A DNA stretch of 20,331 nt from an uncultured virus (IMG/VR IMGVR_UViG_3300049825_000444) (taxonomy: Duplodnaviria > Heunggongvirae > Uroviricota > Caudoviricetes): the IMG/VR virus record IMGVR_UViG_3300049825_000444; one strand, written 5' to 3'. A program made the position numbers and the translations under genes. The first letter of the stretch is position 1; every line of letters starts with the position of its first letter. The notes below the pieces were generated by a model. It was not told where the DNA came from. It saw nothing but the letters and a program-made list of their open reading frames with translations, and did no database searches. Below, piece after piece: positions 16,409 to 20,331 of the stretch.

Positions 16409-16607
16409 AATTGAGTTAGTTCCTACCGAGTTTAAAATCATGCGTTCACCAACTGAAGAAGAACTGAATTCTGAATTATTTAATAAAATCTGGAATACTA
16501 TTAAATCTTGGGATGTAAATGTGCCTGAGCATTATTCAGGATATTGTGGTGTAAATGGAAGTCATGTATGTTTGATTTTAGATGCAATAAATAAGGAATT
16601 AAAATGA
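16401..16607 (+). CDS. hypothetical phage protein
   Basis: GGAG RBS; IKSWDVNVP..YSGYCG.NGSHV..ILDA motif. Confidence 0.8.
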   Translation: MSKIELVPTEFKIMRSPTEEELNSELFNKIWNTIKSWDVNVPEHYSGYCGVNGSHVCLILDAINKELK

Positions 16608-16927
16608 TTAAAAGATTTGTTGTTGACACAAAAGATGAAGATTTAGAAGGAGAATTAGTTTATTTTGACGATTATCAAGCTCTAAGACAAAGAGTTGATG
16701 AATTGGAAAAAACTTTAAATCCAAGTAAACAATTCACTTCAGCAGACAAAGCAATAGCTCATTATAAGAATGAAATAATGAAACTTCAAGAAAAATTGAC
16801 AATAGTTGTTGATGCTTTAAAAAAAATAAATAAAGAAGAATTAAATTCTCAAAGACCAGGTGGATCACATTCAGTATCTGCTAGAATAAGTTATGATACA
16901 TTAAAAAAATTAGATGTATTGATTTAG
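16604..16927 (+). CDS. hypothetical coiled-coil protein
   Basis: AAGGA RBS; GELVYFDDY followed by heptads. Confidence 0.75.
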   Translation: MIKRFVVDTKDEDLEGELVYFDDYQALRQRVDELEKTLNPSKQFTSADKAIAHYKNEIMKLQEKLTIVVDALKKINKEELNSQRPGGSHSVSARISYDTLKKLDVLI

Positions 16928-16934
16928 GAGTTTT

Positions 16935-17126
16935 ATGAAAAAAATTATAACATTAAAAGTTGGAGATACTGTACCTGAAAATGCCAAATTTCTATATGCT
17001 GATAAAAAGAAAATTAAAACAGGAAGAACGGAAACAGATTATGGTATTTTTTCACAAACAACATACGTTCAATATAAAATGGTTGTTTACTTTTATTATG
17101 AAATTGAAGAAAGTGATGCAACTTAA
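16935..17126 (+). CDS. hypothetical protein
   Basis: AGGAG RBS. Confidence 0.7.
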   Translation: MKKIITLKVGDTVPENAKFLYADKKKIKTGRTETDYGIFSQTTYVQYKMVVYFYYEIEESDAT

Positions 17127-17273
17127 ATGATTAAATACATAGCAATTTTCAATATCATATTAGCTATAACAAGTCAATTTCAATCTTATGAGAATATTGT
17201 AACTTATATTATAGTTTTGTGGCTGGGGATTTTAATTCAAGCTTTGCATATTGACAAGCTTGCTGGAAAATAG
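17127..17273 (+). CDS. small membrane protein (48 aa)
   Basis: Begins immediately after the previous stop; hydrophobic. Confidence 0.45.
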   Translation: MIKYIAIFNIILAITSQFQSYENIVTYIIVLWLGILIQALHIDKLAGK

Positions 17274-17279
17274 TATAAT
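17251..17279 (+). promoter_or_regulatory. consensus sigma70 promoter for nrdJ
   Basis: TTGACA-N17-TATAAT, perfect, 32 bp upstream of ATG 17312. Confidence 0.85.
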
Positions 17280-17311
17280 ATATTAACTAATCTTATAGCC
17301 AGGAAATCATC

Positions 17312-19162
17312 ATGAATCAATCAAACAAGCTTCTTTCAGAAATCGTAGCATTTAGAACTTATTCAAAACATTTACCACATCTTGGTAGACGAGAAAGTTT
17401 ACAAGAAACTATCAATAGAAATATGAACATGCATTTAGATAGATTTCCAAAATTATCTAAAGATATTATTAAAGCTTTTGGTAATGTTCATGATCTTAAA
17501 GTTATGCCGTCAATGCGAGCACTTCAATTTGCTGGAGAACCTGTGTTAAAGAACAATATTAGGCAATATAATTGTTCTTTTCTTAATATTGATGACACAG
17601 CGGCTTTTAATGAAACATTGTTTCTTTTATTATCTGGAGTTGGAGTTGGGTTCAGTGTTCAAAGAAAACATGTAAATAAATTACCTAAAATTAAACCACC
17701 AAAAGAAAATGGATTTTTTGTTGTTCAAGATTCTATCATGGGTTGGGCACAAGCTTTAGAGTTACTAATTAAAGCTTATTTTTTTGGTGGTATTTTACCT
17801 CAATATGATTTTGGTAATGTACGATCAAAAGGTAGCTATTTAGTAACGACAGGATCAAAAGCTCCTGGGCCTGAACCATTAAAAAAAATGCTAGAGCTTG
17901 TTGAAACTAAATTAAAAAATACAATGGGGAGACAATTAAAACCAATTGAATGTCATGATATTTTATGTATTATTTCAGATGCAGTATTAGCCGGTGGAAT
18001 TAGACGAGCGGCATTAATTTCTTTATTTGACAGAGATGACAAGGAAATGTTGACATGTAAACATGGTGAATGGTGGAACAATGCTCCATGGAGAGCCAGA
18101 TCAAATAATTCGGTGGTTTTGCCTAGAAATAAAGTAAATGAGGAAGAATTTTATTCTGTCTATAAAATGTGTCAAGACTCTGGTAGTGGCGAACCAGGAT
18201 TTTTTTGGACAAATGATGAAGATTGGGGAACAAATCCTTGTTGTGAAATTGCTTTAAACTCAAACCAATTTTGTAACCTAACAACAATTAATCAAACGGG
18301 TATTACAAGTGAAAAAGATTTTTTAAATAGAGTTTATGCGGCAAGCCTTATTGGAACACTTCAAGCTAGTTATACAGATTTTGATTATTTACGATCATCC
18401 TGGTCAAAAACAACAGAGTCAGAAGCTTTACTTGGTGTATCATTTACTGGTATTGCTGATGCAACTTTATTAAATCCTGAAATGATTCAAAAAGGCGCAA
18501 ATCTTGTTTTAGAAGTAAATGAAAAATATGCCAAAAAATTGGGAATAAATTTGGCAGCTAGAACTACAACAATTAAACCTGAAGGAACTAGCTCTTGTGT
18601 TCTTGGTAGCTCTTCTGGAATTCATGCTAGACATGCCGAATATTATCTGCGTCGAGTTAGAATGAATTCTGATGATCCATTAGCTGTTTATTTAAAAGCT
18701 GTAGTACCTGAACTTGTCGAACAGGATACATTTAGTGCTAGCGGAGTCGTTGTAACAATTCCACAAGAAAGTCCAAAAGGTTCAATTACTAGACCTCAAG
18801 AAACAGCTGAAACCTTATTCAAAAGAGCTTTATATTATCGTAAAAATTGGATTGAACCTGGACATAGGGAAGGTATCAATAAACACAATGTTTCAGTGAC
18901 CATTTCCGTTAAAGACAACGAGTGGGATAGTTTAAAACTATTAATGTGGAAAAATCGAAATAATTACTCAGGAATTAGTTTATTACCATTTGATGGTGGT
19001 AGCTATCAACAAGCACCATTTGAAGATTGTAGTCAAGAAAAATATGAGGAAATGTCTAAATTAGTTAAAGAAATTGATTTAAAAATGATTAAAGAAGAGT
19101 TTGATAATACATCTAGAATTGAGAGTTTGGCTTGTGTTGGTGGAAACTGTGAAATTTCTTGA
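17312..19162 (+). CDS. nrdJ: class II (adenosylcobalamin-dependent) ribonucleotide reductase, RTPR-like
   Basis: MPSMR, YNC, GGIRRAA, GEPG, TNPCCEI (NxCxE), TTIKPEGT and C-terminal CVGGNCE; no nrdB nearby. Confidence 0.92.
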   Translation: MNQSNKLLSEIVAFRTYSKHLPHLGRRESLQETINRNMNMHLDRFPKLSKDIIKAFGNVHDLKVMPSMRALQFAGEPVLKNNIRQYNCSFLNIDDTAAFNETLFLLLSGVGVGFSVQRKHVNKLPKIKPPKENGFFVVQDSIMGWAQALELLIKAYFFGGILPQYDFGNVRSKGSYLVTTGSKAPGPEPLKKMLELVETKLKNTMGRQLKPIECHDILCIISDAVLAGGIRRAALISLFDRDDKEMLTCKHGEWWNNAPWRARSNNSVVLPRNKVNEEEFYSVYKMCQDSGSGEPGFFWTNDEDWGTNPCCEIALNSNQFCNLTTINQTGITSEKDFLNRVYAASLIGTLQASYTDFDYLRSSWSKTTESEALLGVSFTGIADATLLNPEMIQKGANLVLEVNEKYAKKLGINLAARTTTIKPEGTSSCVLGSSSGIHARHAEYYLRRVRMNSDDPLAVYLKAVVPELVEQDTFSASGVVVTIPQESPKGSITRPQETAETLFKRALYYRKNWIEPGHREGINKHNVSVTISVKDNEWDSLKLLMWKNRNNYSGISLLPFDGGSYQQAPFEDCSQEKYEEMSKLVKEIDLKMIKEEFDNTSRIESLACVGGNCEIS

Positions 19163-19186
19163 CTTTTATCAATAATATGATATTAT
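19159..19186 (+). promoter_or_regulatory. probable sigma70 promoter
   Basis: TTGACT-N16-TATTAT upstream of AAGGAG RBS. Confidence 0.5.
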
Positions 19187-19209
19187 ATTAAATATAAGGA
19201 GATGACTAT

Positions 19210-19677
19210 ATGAAAACAATCTTTCAAACAGAAGACGGCGTCATTGTATTTCCAGATCTAGGAGCAACAACTAGATATAAATATTTAACGGGGAAACCAC
19301 AAACTTTTTTTCATAAAATGAGAAATCAAATTAATGGAGAAATTGAATCTTTATTACTATCTTGTAATGGAGAAATGGTTAAAAATGTCAATTTATACAT
19401 CGTTGATGATATATGTGATGGTGGAGCAACATTCATTAAATCCTGTGAAAAACTTAAAGAATACAACCCAAAATCAATTAATTTAGTAGTAAGTCATGGT
19501 TTATTTACTAAGGGAACTAAAATTCTTTATGATGCCGGAATCACTAAGATTTTTACTACTAATAGTCTACTAAGAAATAACAAAAGATTTAATAAACAAA
19601 ATTTTGAAGTTTATAATATATTTGACAATTATATAGAATTACCGTATAATGATGGATATGAAAAAAGGGTGGTGTAA
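19210..19677 (+). CDS. prs: ribose-phosphate pyrophosphokinase-like (Prs/Adps) protein, C-terminal PRTase domain only
   Basis: FPDLGA, KMR, IVDDICDGGATF PRPP-binding loop, VSHGLF, TTNS; N-terminal domain absent (155 aa). Confidence 0.8.
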   Translation: MKTIFQTEDGVIVFPDLGATTRYKYLTGKPQTFFHKMRNQINGEIESLLLSCNGEMVKNVNLYIVDDICDGGATFIKSCEKLKEYNPKSINLVVSHGLFTKGTKILYDAGITKIFTTNSLLRNNKRFNKQNFEVYNIFDNYIELPYNDGYEKRVV

Positions 19678-19679
19678 TA

Positions 19680-19874
19680 ATGGAATTACTTATAGCAATT
19701 GCAGCTCTATGTTCAATACCCAATGGTTCAGTTAATCGAAGTTATACTGAAGAAATTCAATTAAAATGTCAAAAAGAATATATGAAATGTATTGAAAAAA
19801 ATGAAAAACCTGGTGAAGCATATACCATAAATTGGTATGCAAATCAATTAATTAAATGTGTAAAGGATAAATAA
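19680..19874 (+). CDS. small secreted Cys-containing protein
   Basis: Signal-like N-terminus; C...QLKCQKEYMKC...KC. Confidence 0.7.
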   Translation: MELLIAIAALCSIPNGSVNRSYTEEIQLKCQKEYMKCIEKNEKPGEAYTINWYANQLIKCVKDK

Positions 19875-19875
19875 A

Positions 19876-20190
19876 ATGAGAAATAATATTAATTCAATGA
19901 TTTTAGCAGATTTTTATAAGCTTTCACACAGGCTTATGTATCCTACCAATACACAAGCGGTCTATAGTACTTGGACACCAAGAACCAGTAGAATTGATGG
20001 TGTAAAAAAATCGCAAAAAGGTGCTGTGGCTGTTTTTCAAGATAGTAATGGTAAAATTTCATATCAGGACGAATTTATGTTAGATGATTGTCCAAAAAAC
20101 AATTTACTTAGAACTGTTTTTCAAAACGGACTTCTTACAGTGGAAGAAAAATTTAGTGAAATAAAATCCAGAGTTTTAAAAGGAATTTAA
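19876..20190 (+). pseudogene. nadV: nicotinamide phosphoribosyltransferase-like (Nampt/Namat) gene with a large in-frame internal deletion
   Basis: N-terminus ADFYKLSHRLMYP...YSTWTPR fused to C-terminus KKSQKG...LLRTVFQNG...FSEIKSR; 104 aa versus roughly 470-500 aa typical. Confidence 0.8.
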
Positions 20191-20331
20191 TGATTCATTA
20201 TATCAAAGGTGATTTATTTAAAGCTCCGGCCACACAACTAAAAGTCCATGCTTGTAATTGTCAAGGTGTATGGGGTTCAGGTGTTGCGGTTCAATTTAAA
20301 GACAAGTACCCCCTTGAGTATTTTTTATATA
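20190..20331 (+). CDS. macrodomain (ADP-ribose processing) protein, partial
   Basis: MIHYIKGDLF...HACNCQGVWGSGVAVQFK..YP macrodomain motif; runs off the window end. Confidence 0.85.
   Translation, partial: MIHYIKGDLFKAPATQLKVHACNCQGVWGSGVAVQFKDKYPLEYFLY

Noticed and set aside
17312..19162. Class I NrdA, or an intein/intron in the RNR
   Set aside because: Length and motifs fit an uninterrupted class II enzyme; no nrdB nearby and no C-terminal Tyr-Tyr pair in the class I position

Overview
AT-rich, densely packed segment of a tailed dsDNA phage genome with no structural genes. From left to right: (i) a + strand run of small hypothetical genes ending in a PD-(D/E)XK nuclease-like gene; (ii) a short minus-strand unit driven by a sigma70-type promoter and ending in an atypical tRNA-like cloverleaf; (iii) a ~600-bp non-coding strand-switch region with a 28-bp-period array of sigma54 (-24/-12)-like motifs; (iv) an early-type region with two more sigma54-like promoters, an enriched TTTCAGGAT motif, and a ~450-nt ORF-free, extensively self-complementary segment under a perfect TTGACA-N17-TATAAT promoter on the minus strand (candidate large structured ncRNA, the most novel-looking feature); (v) a long + strand accessory region with a SET-domain protein, an Ala/Tyr/Asp-repeat protein, a lipoprotein, an HNH nuclease, an RNA end-healing/sealing set (T4 PseT-like Pnkp, truncated metallophosphoesterase, DRB0094/Rnl5-like RNA ligase), an NSGxx pentapeptide-repeat protein, class II ribonucleotide reductase, shortened Prs-like and Nampt-like genes (NARP1-like NAD module remnant) and the start of a macrodomain gene. 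All family calls come from motif recognition by eye; no database searches were run.
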